DNA from: Zygnema circumcarinatum SAG 698-1b
Lineage: Eukaryota > Plantae > Zygnematophyceae
Length of the DNA: 64,000 nucleotides
Direction: 5' to 3'
Assembly (NCBI GenBank): GCA_037447605.1
Contig: CM074805.1
Location: forward strand, 2,637,361-2,701,360
How positions within the stretch are numbered: the stretch's first letter is position 1; every line of letters starts with the position of its first letter. The notes beneath the pieces were generated by a model that saw only the letters and a program-made list of their open reading frames with translations, was not told where the DNA came from and ran no database searches. Positions 38,701-50,353 of this stretch are shown here, in pieces. The translations under genes were made by a program, and so were the position numbers.

Positions 38701-39069
38701 AACTTAACCCTCAAGTACTTTCATTATCGGCTGTGGATGTAACTGCGCGATAGCTCGTGGTTTCATCATGGCTTTGCTGATGACCGTTCGTACCATACAT
38801 TGACAATAATTCGCGACGCTGGGTGTTGGGATCGAGGGAGATCTGACCGCGCGAGGAGGATGGCGGGAGAGCTAACCGGGTCCGAGGAGGCGCCGTGTCA
38901 TGTGGTGTATGCGTTCTGGCCGGGCGAGGGATGTCCTGAGGAGGTGCCATGGTAACCGTGGGAGGCCGCAGGGTGGCCTCGGCACTGTCGGCCAGCTTGT
39001 GAACTACGGCTGCAGCACCTGGAACCAGTTGCATCAACTGTGACAAGGTAATGCCGATCTTAGCCTTGT

Positions 39070-42000
39070 TGTTAGTGTTAGTGTATGATAGTTAGACATT
39101 GTATGGCACACACTAACTTGTTGTGGTACTCAGTTTGTAGAACATGAGATCTGCTAGGCGTAGTGCTCTTAGATTTAGGAATGTCGATTGCTCACGACTC
39201 GGTGAGTCATAGCGAGAGTCGCATGAATTACAAGCGGCGGCGTGATTGGGCCTTGGCCGACACATGTCGCGCGAGGAGAGCGAGGACGGCGCCTTTGACC
39301 AGTAAGCGGCGCTTGGCCTTGGCTTAGCGGAAGCGCAAGGATTTAGCGGCGGCGGAAGCGACGCCAAGATATTTGTGGCGAACGGGAATGCGCCACGTGG
39401 ACCACTCGCGTGTAGGTCCAGCGAGTTGGAAGTGTGCGGCGAGGATGGCGGGCGAAGCTTTGAGGAAGGAGCTGGCCAGCAGCGGCCCAGCTATGCAGGG
39501 CGGGTATGCGGCGACAGAACTGGAGTGTGGCCGTGTGGGTTTCTGGCGGCCCCAGCACGGTCGCTATTCACTGATGCGCCCACTCGGGCGGTGCATGGGT
39601 TTGCAATGGCGGGCCGGCGTGACATGTGTGTCGATCACGGTACTCACTTATTATATAGTGCATAGTTTGTGTATAGAGTAACCCACCCACACTACTTTGT
39701 CATAGTCTGGGTCTTGATACGTACCGCTTTCGTCTTTTGCTAGGCTGCCTACACTTGTGTAATGAGTGGTAGTGAGTGGCGAAATGGTAGGAAATTTCAT
39801 TGTGGGAAGAGCAGTTTTATTATAAGGAGTTTTAGGCCGTGAGCTTTCTCTAACACTCTCTCATTGTGATTTCAGTGCTTGTCTTGTAACTTCATTAAAT
39901 TTGTTATGAAGATGAGTGAAGTAAGATAGAGCTTTGAGTGTTGAATGTCTTCATCATTGGGAACTCAGGATTCCAATGGGCGACACACCCAGGTGGCGCG
40001 GAGTGAGGAGCAAACCCCTGCTTCAACAGAGTGGTATCGAAGGCAAGGTGGCGAGAAGACCCGTGAAGTTCAACATCCATCTTGATTCCGGACTACAAGG
40101 GGTGGAGATGGCCATTTGGTTCCCTTTACTCGTGGGCAAAGAGTACATTGAGAATGCGTTAGCCCGGCACCATCAAAGGCACGGTGCAGCGAGGAGCCTG
40201 GCGGAGAGAGCGGCGGTCGGAGTTAAAACCACATTTCGCCCAGATGGAGGACCAAGGACAACAAGGCCCTCACCCAGATCGTCATGAGCGTGAGGGGAAG
40301 TCCCTCTTCCATGCTGTATGACCTTAAGACTTCACATGCTATGTGGAGATGCTTAGAGGAGATGTATGATGTAAAGGATAGCGTAGCGATAGTCAGCCTT
40401 TACAGCGGCTTGGGAAAAATGAAGATGTCTCGGAAGAGAATATGGTCAGATTTGATACTCTAATGGAGAGATTTATAAGCTATTTTGCCAAAAGCAGTTA
40501 GAGGAGACCATAAAATGACTGATTTAGGGGACTGCAGCCGATTTGATGTAGCAGTTGGAGCTCTTAGGACTGTTCTAACGAACACCGTGATGACCCTTGA
40601 GCAAGTGAAACGGAGGATCAAGGAGGAGAACACTGTCCAAGACGTTGGAGGCACCGAGGAGAAGGTGTTGGCGCTGCACTCACGACAAGTTCGAAGAGGA
40701 GGTCGCGCCGAGAAGCGGGAACCGTGGGAACGCCTAGCGAGGGCGTGTTACGTCGCGGCAAGGCGAGACACTTCTCGGCGGTACGAGAACAAGAACACCC
40801 AAGATCGGGGTGGAGGAGCATCGTCATCCGTCAAGAAGGGATTCAGGGGAATCTGCTTTAAATGCAAGAAGCGAGGCCAAAGAGCATAGATTGCAAAGTG
40901 GCGGTGGAGACGAATCTCATGCTGACTGAACATTCTGATTTTGTTGGGAAGATCCAGGTTACGGATCTGAAGCGGCCATGGCTGATCGACTTTGGCGCTT
41001 CCACGCACATGTGTGGCGACAAGCGAATGTTCTCTACGCTGGACACCTTGGAGAGGACCAGATCTGTTCACTCGGCAACCGGAGAGGGAGTGACAGTTAC
41101 AAAAGGAGGTGTAGTAAAGGTAGTCCACTGGGAGCGGCTCTATCATCTCTGAGAAGAAAGAAGAAAAGCGGTTATTACATTGGTGGCGTACTTCATACTC
41201 GACTGAAAGCAGAACTTCGTAATACGTTAGTCAAGTATGTAAGAGAAGTCTGAGAATCACCTTTAAGGAGAAGTCTTGCGTAGCTACTCACTTAGAGTCG
41301 GGGAAGCGGTTGTTTGAGGGGTACGAGAAGGGAGGCCTGTATTACCTTCATTATAGGAGAGAAGAAAATGAGGGTGTAATGGCCGTAACTTAGGGTGCAG
41401 TAAATCTTTGGCATCGTAGACTTGGTCATCTAAACCACAGGGGACTGCAACAGCTTGCTGCAAGGGGGCTGGTCCACGGGTTAGACATTGACGTGGTTGA
41501 GAAGGAGCTAGGCTTTTGCAAAGAGTGTGTAGAGGGGAAAGCGCACAGGAGACCTTTCTCGAGGAGTGGAGAGGAGTCATTTCACGCGCAAGAGAAACTG
41601 GAATTGGTTCATACCGATTTGTGTGGACCCGTGACACCGGCAACGAGTGGAGGAGCTCGCTACTTCATCACCTTCCTCGACGATTTTTCGAGGAAAATTT
41701 GGGTGAAAATTCTCAAGTACAAATCACGGAAGCTTTGAGACGTTGGAAGATTAGCGGGAACTTCGAATGGGCGGCGGTGGCGAAACGCTGCTGGGACAGG
41801 GAATTCAGGTCGAAGGAGTTGGCGGGTACTTGAGCTCGCCCGGAATAAGGCATGAATTTTCTGCTCCTTACTCCCCTCAAAGTAGCCATTTGAGAGGGTC
41901 AATAGGGCCAGTGGGGGACATGTACGGACCTGTCTTGATAGATTCCCCTTCAGGCATCCTTTTTGGGGGCGGTGATGACCGCTGCCGTAGATGCCCATCT

Positions 42001-45000
42001 TACATTGCTTAAAGTCGAGGTTCTACGAAGAGGTGTGGAGTGGGAGAAACCCACGGTGTCCACACGAAGACCTTTAGGCCTTCTTGGTCAGCGATCTTTG
42101 AAAGCGGCGAAGTTCGACCCCGAGCGTGGAAGGTACCTTCGGCTACAACATTCGCACCTACCGGGTGTGGAACCTCCGAGCAAGCGAAGGCCGAGCTTCA
42201 GAGAGGCGTTCTGATGGGCGAGAGGCGGTGACTCGGCTAGGTGAGACCCGCGCACCCCAAAGGCCGAGTTGGAAATTATTATGCGAGGATGTGGAACCAG
42301 CAAAAGAAAGCATGGGCACGCCTCTCGGGTCCCGGCCGAGAGGAGAGATCAGCCGCGGCCCGAGGCGAGCGGAGGCTGCTTGCCCGAGCGTGGAAGCGGC
42401 CGCGTGGGAAGTTGAACCCGAGCGCAAAGCGAGAGCCGCAACAACCGGCGGAAGCGGCACCACTACACACTCACACAATACGGCGAGGAGAACTTCGGCA
42501 GCGTACCTTTGCATGGGCGGGGAGTCGAGGTTGGAGGCGAGTGAGAGAGGGTATGTTGTCGAGCATGCCTTTGGGTTTGTCCGGATTTTCTTCAACACGA
42601 GGAGCCGGGCGCCAAGGACGCGGAGGAGCACCGATGTGGTGAGAGCGATCACTACGAGGCCTTGGCGGTTAACCTAGTCACGAGGAAGAGTGCCTCGGAC
42701 TCGGCCGGACCTCATGAAGGGAGCTGCCTTGTTTATGATCACCGAACCGCCAAACCTTTGAGGAAGCGCCGCAGCGGGGCGATGGAGAGAAGTGGCGAGC
42801 ATGTCGGCGGCGAAGTGGAGACGATTTCTTTGGAGAGCGGCACATGGCGACGAGGGCTGGCAGGGGGAAAGGAGGGCCATTGGATGCAAGTGGGTGTTCA
42901 AGGTGAAGCTGGCCGGACGGGGAGTGTGGAGCCACGATACAAAGCGGCTGGTGGCGAGAGGCCCACGACCAGGCGTGCGAGATCGACTACGGAGACCTTA
43001 CGCCCCGTGGTGGTTCAACTCCTCGTGCCCTAATATAGGTGCGGCGGCCGAGGGGATACCCGTACATCAACTCGATATCAAGACTGCGTTTCTGTACGGA
43101 GATCTCGCTGAGGAGATCTACATGGTACAGCCCGAAGGGAAAGTTGTCCCGGGGCAGGAGCATCTCGTTTGTCGTCTTGTGAAAAGAGTTTATGCAATTT
43201 CAAACGAGCGCCAGGATTTGATGCGAAAAATTGACCTCTGAAGAATGCGGATTTCTTGCTTGATTGAGGCGGATCATTCGTGTACCGACAAGGGAAAGCG
43301 GATCTCATATGCGTTAGGATCTGCGTGGGCGACCTCATAATGGTGAGCCTCATTGGAGAATCAATGATTTGAAGCGACTTTTGGAAGCTAACTTCAAAAT
43401 GTATAGGATCTAGGGGCTGATATCTCACAGAATGCGATTGAAGAGGCGGGGCGGTAGCTTACTTATTTCTTTGTGTCCGAGAAGAAGTCACGCCCTTGAA
43501 TATACTTGCAGTTCAAAATGGAGAGTGCGTCGCTTGTTGTCAGATGGAGATAGGAATGCGGTGTCGAGGAATATGATGCGGCAGCAGATCTTGAATTACG
43601 AAGGAATGTCGCGAGAATAAAATCCTGAATCGTGTCGGAGTTTAATAATATCTGATATTAGGTACTTCGTCGACTTGGCAAAAGCCGTGAGCTCGGCAAG
43701 TGGTTCATGGAGAATCCCGGTCTGAACATTGGGAGGCGTGAAGCGGATTTTCAGATTAGATGAAAGGGACCTTGGTCTGATCACCAATTTGAAAGAGGGG
43801 CCAACCACGGTGATGGTGCCGACTCTAATTGGGGAGAGTGATATTGAACCTACGTCACGATCGGCGTCGAGTTGTGTTCTGAGCGGAGGCCGATCTCATG
43901 GAGCTTCGAAGTTACAAGATCACGGTGGCGTCGAGCATAGAAGGAAGTGCAATGGGAGGCGTGCCCGTGCAGCAGAGGATGTGGTTCCAACATTTCTTTG
44001 ATGAATGTAAGCAACCACAAACACCATTGACTCTTTTACGGACAACCCGGTCATCATAGCCCTCATGGAGAACCACATGTTTCATAAGAGAGACGAAACA
44101 CGTTAAGTGCTGTGAAATATCATTATGTCTTGAAGTTGGTAGAGGAAGGGATGATAGTGGTGAAGTTTGTAGGAACAAAAGAGCAGGTTGCAGACATGTT
44201 GACCAAGGGGGTCAGCAGGGAGACACTATTAGTGAACAACAGATTGATTGGGCTAGGGCCCATGAGGAACTGAGTCCCAAGGGGGATTGTTGGTGTTAGT
44301 GTATGATAGTTGGAGCATTGTATAGCCATAGCGCTAAGCTTGTTGTGAGTGCTGGTTGGCCGTTGCATGAGATCTGCTAGGCGTAGTGCTCTTAGATTTA
44401 GGAATGTCGGTGCTTTCATTCCGGTGGAGTCTTGCAGTCTGTGAGGTCTGAGCGGCTTGGCCAATTAGACCTTGTGGCTTAGCATGTCTTGAGAGAACAG
44501 GCCGCGCATAGCTTTGATTAAGTCATGGCCTTGAAGCGCAGCTTAGCGGAAGCACTAAAGTTGCAGCCTTGAAGCGACATAGAAGATATTTGGCGGCGAA
44601 CCGGAATGCGCCACGTGGACCACTCGCAATGTGGGTCAGCGAGGATTGAAATTAATGCGGCGGCGAGGTGTCGGCGGGAAGAGCGGTGGCCCAGCAATGT
44701 ATGCGAGACGAGGGTATGCGAGCGACAGAACTAGGTGTGGCTGCCGTAGGTTCTGAGCAGCTAGCGATGTGATACGAAGTCGCGCCCGCTCCGGGCTTCA
44801 GTCTATGGGAGTTTGCAATGGCGGACGCGACGTGACATGTGTGTCACGTCACGGACGCCATATTATATAGTGCATAGTTTTATTATGGGAAGTAACCCAC
44901 CCACACTACTTTGTCATAGTCTCGGGTCTTATTCTGTGCCTGCTCGTGCTGCTAGGCTGCCTACACTTGTGTCGTGAGGTAGTGAGTGAGAGGGACCTTG

Positions 45001-45256
45001 AAGTAGTGGGAGAACTTCATTGTGGGAAGAGAGTTTTATTATAAGGAGTTTTAGAGCCGTGAGCTTTCTCCTAACACTCTCTCATTGTGATTTCCGCTGT
45101 GCTTGTCTTGTAGCTTCATTCTGTTGTTATGGGCGATGAGTGAAGTAAGATAGAGCTTTGAGTGTTTGAATGTCTTCATCCGTGGGAACTCAAGTTCCAA
45201 TGGAGGGCGACACCCAAGGTGGCGCCGGAAGTGGGGAGCAAACCCCTGCTTCAACA
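39070..45256 (+). mobile_element. Ty1/Copia element D nested in A3 between gag and PR
   Basis: TSD CTTGT at 39065-39069 and 45257-45261. LTRs at 39070-40028 and 44288-45256. PBS-like TGGTATCGAAGGC at 40032-40044; PPT AAGGGGGA at 44279-44286. Confidence 0.95.
40100..44260 (+). pseudogene. Copia gag-pol remnant (gag-PR-INT-RT-RH)
   Basis: GICFKCKKRG knuckle; WLIDFGASTHMCG protease; LWHRRLGH; ELVHTDLCGP...RYFITFLDDFSR integrase; KWVFKVK and HQLDIKTAFLYGDL RT; EQVADMLTKG RNase H. Frameshifted. Confidence 0.9.
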
Positions 45257-45261
45257 CTTGT

Positions 45262-47727
45262 CTCCCATGAGCTGATGAACCATGCGTCCAATCAAGGATA
45301 GGCCATCTGTCGGGGGGGGTGGTCGTCGGTCGGCTGCCTGGGGGTAGAAACGGGCTGCCCGAGGGCGATGGGGAGGGTTGACGTGCATCTCTTTTGTCGC
45401 TAGTGCTCTCGGCTCTGGCTACGCCGCTGTCGGCTCCTCCTCATTGAGATCGTCAGTTTCCTCCTCAGGCGTGGATCCTAATGGATGACCCGTGGAAGGA
45501 GGGAGGACTGAAGTTCTCCGGACAGGGGTGGCGACCGGTGGAGCCGTGCCAGAGGAGCTGGCGCCGTTGACATCGGCAGGGAGGAATGGCAGGGGATGTG
45601 AATGAGGATCACTTTGGTTGACAGGGAGCCTGCGCAAGGCATTTGCAATCTCGGCGATCCGGGCTTGAGCACCCTCTTCAGAAGTGATGGGGGATTCGGA
45701 CCAAGCCGGTTGTAATGCCGCGACAATCTGGGCAGTGCGTGAGCGGGCAGCAGGATCGGGCTCAGCAGCCAATGCGTTTGTCAGGGAAGGAGAGTCCATG
45801 GGGTGCAGGTGGATGGGCGGACGTTGCAGGATGGTGTAAGCGGGTGAAGTAGGTGGAGGCGGGCGAAATGGAGCCGGAGTTCTCGGTGGTGTGGGAGTAG
45901 CCGGGAGCATATCCATGAAGGTGATCTGCAGGTGAGCTCCTAGCTGGCACGCCTCTTTCCCCTTTAGGGCCCCTTCTCACTTGAGAGTCTCGCATGCACA
46001 CGGGCATAAATGTCCCGTGTCTGGCGAGGAAGAGTCGCAGTCCATAGTCCGCCGCGCCCAACCCGCGGTGCATAATTCAGGCCTTGAGCAAGGCCAGGCA
46101 CGCCCTACGGAACCCCACTGCCTCTACGTCATCGGCCAGTATGAGATCGGCTGGCTCTCTCTCGCCGGTGTCGCGATCCGAATAAGGCCCGATATCTGGG
46201 CGAAACATCTGTTATATGAGGATTCACCGCCCGGCTCAATAGGATGTGCGGGATCGCGAGGTATGGGGAAAGGGGAAGGGGCTTGATGCCGTCTTGGCTA
46301 TAGCGGAGAATTTGCGCCACGGTGACGGGGCGTCTTGGCGAGGATGCGGGCGGCTTGTTCTGCTTGGTGTAGCATAGGGATCGCTGGCTTGCTGATTACG
46401 TGTCGCCGAGGAGCTGGCTGGTAGAGTCGATCTTGTCGTGGATCTGTAGCATTCATGTAATGTGGTCGTACATGTCGGTTGCCTCTCTCTTGATCCTTCT
46501 GAATTCGCTCTGCCCTTTCTAACAAGGCTTTGGGCATCTGGCGGTGGAGTTGTCGTAGCGGCTCAAGATCAGTGGAGATCGCTTCTTCAGCATTGGCCTT
46601 GCGGAACCCTTTGGAGAACCCGGAAAAAGTCGAGGCAAGTTCGATAGTATTTGCAGCGCGCACAAAACGCTTCGATGAACTCAAGCGGCCCGCTCATCAA
46701 CGTAGCATTCTATGTAGCGAAATCGGTCAGTACGATGTCCGGATCCCGAAATCCCGGCGTTGTCTGGCTTGGCAGATATTGTCCCTTTGTCGAATTACCG
46801 GCGACATCCGCTTTGTGCGGTTGGGGCAGCTTCGATTGTGACCTCTCCTTAGCGCTCAAGGGGCGGCTTGATCCCAGCGGTCCTCCTTTGGGAGTGAAGC
46901 TTAGCACCTTCTCCTCAAGGTAATACCGGCCATGCTTAGCATCTTCACGCTTGCCCGGTGAAGCCTCTTGTGATGATACCCGTGGTATCCCTCACCTCCC
47001 TCTTTAAAGGAATCATTGCGCTGCTCGGTTTGGTCATCATCTTCCATCTTGTTGAGGAAGCTGAATCGACTTCGTGTGCTTCTCACTTGAGTTGAGTCTG
47101 CCCCGAAAAGTACAGGAGGTCGCTACTTGATTATCTGCCCTTACTGAAACGCTTCGCTGGTGCGGATCAAATGAGATTGTGAGCGCCCGGAGGTGAGGGT
47201 CGCCGAGGAATCCCCTTATACAACTGTGGGAGTAGCGTGCGTTAGCGTGCTTGAAGGGACTCTGATGCGTGTTATCGGCCGAGCTCCCGTGAGTTCACAC
47301 GTCTGCGGTGGGCGCGGTGAGGACCTCAGGTTGACGGCACTCCTCTTCAGGCATCTGCTGACGTGGCGGCGGCAGGCGCAAGCGATCATCTAGCGTGCAT
47401 ATGCATGGCGGTTTGTGGCCATCCTTTGCCCTAGATAGATGCATTGCTGACTCTTTGTCGACTCACGATCTGCTCAAGGTAAGCCAAACTGGGATAAGGG
47501 TTCTCTTCGGTGATGCCCATCTTCAATCTCTCTCTGACTGCTTCTTCCTCTGCGTCTGAATCCGTCCTTGGATTTCCGATCGCCTGTTCTTCTTGAGGTC
47601 CCAAGTCTTCATCTGAATACTCATGAAGATTTGCTTGTCCCTCTTGTTGCAGCTCTTCATCCATGGCGGCCGTGACCCGTGGTCCGCGGGATGAAGCAAC
47701 CTCACGTATCAGTGCGTGGATGCGCAA
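45262..47727 (-). pseudogene. Family A gag remnant, copy A3
   Basis: Begins just after the PBS (ORF 47431-47727). A degenerate knuckle lies near 46000, followed by Pro-rich ORF 45419-45916 shared with A1 and A2. Confidence 0.6.
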
Positions 47728-48729
47728 AACCTTGACTCGATACCAAGATAAGTGGGGTTAAAGAGGCTGGCGAGGCTAGTTGTAGGTCTTTGTCACGGCC
47801 CTTTCCTTGCGTCAAAGTCTTTGAAGCCCGATGAAAGAGGTTGGGCTGGTCTTTGTGGGTACGCATCGCGACATAGAGCGAGATCCGGGGGATTGAGGAA
47901 GATGCAGCGTGAGCGTGGGATCACGAAGATGTTCCCACGGCGGTGGACTCGTCTTAAGAGCCCTTCCTTGGGGGCTCTCCTCCCCTGTCCTCTCCTCGTG
48001 GTCTCTTAGCTAGGCTTCTAGTTATCATTGGTGTTTAGCAGGGAGGAATGTAGGGGCGAGGATAGAAGCGGGATAGTGGCAGCATGGTGGCGGCAAAGGG
48101 AAGCGAGGACTCAACTTAGATAAAGGTGGTATTTTGAAACTCACCCCAGCCAGCGGTTGGCTGGGGATAGTCATCACAATGATATCTTCTCTTGAAATCT
48201 TTGTGTCTAGGCCAGATGGGGCGTCTAAATGCTATAGGCTGAAGACTCTTTCTCTCTCTCTCTCTCTATCTATGGCATGGAACTCTCTCTCTCTCTCACA
48301 CTTAGCGCCGTTGCGGCGAAGAAGGAAGAGAAAGAACAAGACAACAAACCACACAGCAATTACAAATACTAAGCCCAGCACTAAAAGACAAACAAGCATC
48401 ACTGACATCCCATCTACTTAACACTGACAATAGATCTTGAGCCTTAGCAGTGACAGTCCCTGATTGGCCAACTGCCCACTGAGAGGCCTGACTAACTACT
48501 TGGGGCCTTCTGATAGGTCCGCTGCTGACAATCGGCGGCATTTGGCGGCGCTTCCGAGTGCGCCTAGCTGGATGGTGTGCTGTTCCGTGGGCCGCCAACA
48601 CATGGCGCCGCCTTCTCGCAGTATCCGTCGGCAACTCCTGGATTATGCCGGTCCGTGACACTGAATATGAATATGTCAAGTACGACTGAACGGGCGCGGA
48701 TCCGTCGAACGCAGCTCCGTTACGCTACA

Positions 48730-49067
48730 AGCGCGAGGGTTTTTAGGGTTTTAGGGTACGGATAGTACGAATAGTACGGCTAACACGAAGTTACCGTACA
48801 AAAAGGTGGTTTCGGCAAAATCGGTGCGAATTTATTGGTGACGCACTGTTGAAGGTGGAAAATATGACGAGGACCCCCTGTATCCGATACGGTACGTCGC
48901 GGTACGATATGTTAACAAACGATACGATACGATATGCACGGACCTACATGAACACTAACATAATTCCGCTCGCCTATTGGTAACACGGACCTTCTATTTG
49001 CCAAAAACAATTTTTTCGCCCGGTATTTGCCGAAACCAGGTGGAAAATATGACGAGGACCCCCTGTA
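48730..49067. repeat. Spacer Y3 with inverted second half and perfect 30-bp direct repeat
   Basis: AGGTGGAAAATATGACGAGGACCCCCTGTA at 48853-48882 and 49038-49067. The segment between is the reverse complement of the second half of Y1 and Y2. Confidence 0.75.
48736..48756 (+). repeat. Short telomere-like run (TTTTAGGG)
   Basis: AGGGTTTTTAGGGTTTTAGGG; only about 2.5 units. Confidence 0.4.
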
Positions 49068-49720
49068 AGTTATGACCGTACAACTAGGGGCAGGGCGTAC
49101 GGACGACGCGCGAGCGTACGGACGCCAACAGGGGCGCTGGACAGGCGCGCGCGATGTCGGTGGAGGGACGCGAAGCTTCGAGGAAGGCTGGCGCGTCGAG
49201 GGAGGGCGCTTTTCGTACGGACGCTTCCTCTGGCCATGGCGGGCGGCCCTCCCTCTGGCCGAGCTCTCCCTCCTGCGCAGAGCGGAGCGACTTCCAGGAG
49301 AGGCGCGGAGCTGCCCCAATGTCGTGGAGGAGCGCGTCGTGGCAGCGCGCGGTGGGACGCGGAGTTATGCAGCATTTAGTATTTAAGAAGGATATATTAT
49401 TTATGATTTGTTTAACTTAATTCAGCTGTTGTAGCTCAGCTCGTAGCAGTGCTGAGTGGAGTTTTCTGGCTGTATGGCCAGCAGCAGGAAGTTGGGGCAG
49501 TTAGTCAGAGAAGTATCAGAAGCTTGGAGAGCTAAACTTACTGCTTGTTACTTTCCCATTCTTTATGAAGGAGTTTTGAGGCCGTCGGCGCTTTCGCCTT
49601 GCTTTCACTTTTCTCGGTGTTTTTGTTCTGAAGTATGTTTCTCTTTCAGTCTGTGTGCATTTGAGGGGCATTTTGTTTCAGACCTGCAGACATGGCAAAG
49701 GGTGCAGTTAGAGGGAACAA
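49068..49720 (+). repeat. Probable solo or remnant LTR related to the C and D LTRs
   Basis: Shares CGTACGGACGACGCG with LTR C and AAGGAGTTTT(G)AGGCCGT with LTRs C and D. Ends are not defined. Confidence 0.45.
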
Positions 49721-50353
49721 CCTGACCTGGCTCAATTTAGCGAGTTAAAAGACTACAAAGCTACAGTACGTCGAACAAGGGTGAACATGCTTGTTGTTTG
49801 AATTGTACCGCAACTTGGTTTCGGTATGTACACTTCGAAATACCGCCACAGGTGCAGTGCTTCTCGAACCAGCATGGAAAAGGTTTTAGTACAAATCAAA
49901 AAGAAGCATGTCAAACCATCTTGGGACATAGCTGCTACGACAGCTGCACGTTTGGTGCTAGAATGACCACATATGGCAATTGGTTGACGGCCAAGAGGCT
50001 CGTCAAACAAATGATTTCGAAGATGCGAAGCTGCACTGACTTTGGCAGATGTTGACATTACCTACTGTAATTCCTGACGTGAAGGTTTCCAGAGGCAGAA
50101 CTCCCCTGGAGGGAATCATCCTCTTAATGCATCTTCAATGCTGCTCTAGAACTTAAATTTTCTTAAGTGGAGCAATGCAACCTGCGCACGAACCTCTTGC
50201 ACAACTTTGGGTGCATTTACTACGTAGTGAGAGCCTAACCATAAGGAAGAGCAAAATCCATTCCTATGAACAAAAAGCGCGAATGCCTCGTAGACGTAGG
50301 CTACTCATGCTGCCAGATTTTCTAAGCGGCTTTTCACTCTTGTGAGCAGAAGA

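Larger units (their letters stand above)
20331..48729 (-). mobile_element. Ty3/Gypsy family A, copy A3 (8.5 kb after removing nested B and D)
   Basis: LTR-e spans 20331 to about 21340 and LTR-f spans 47746-48729. PBS-like TGGTATCGAGTC is on the minus strand (47734-47745). The pol is split by B, and D is inserted between gag and PR. Removing B, D and their TSDs gives 8518 bp, versus 8503 bp for A1. Confidence 0.9.

Noticed and set aside
12932-49067. CRISPR-like or invertible-promoter (phase variation) system
   Set aside because: Eukaryotic context, no regular repeat-spacer array and no recombinase gene; the repeats are explained by TE ends.
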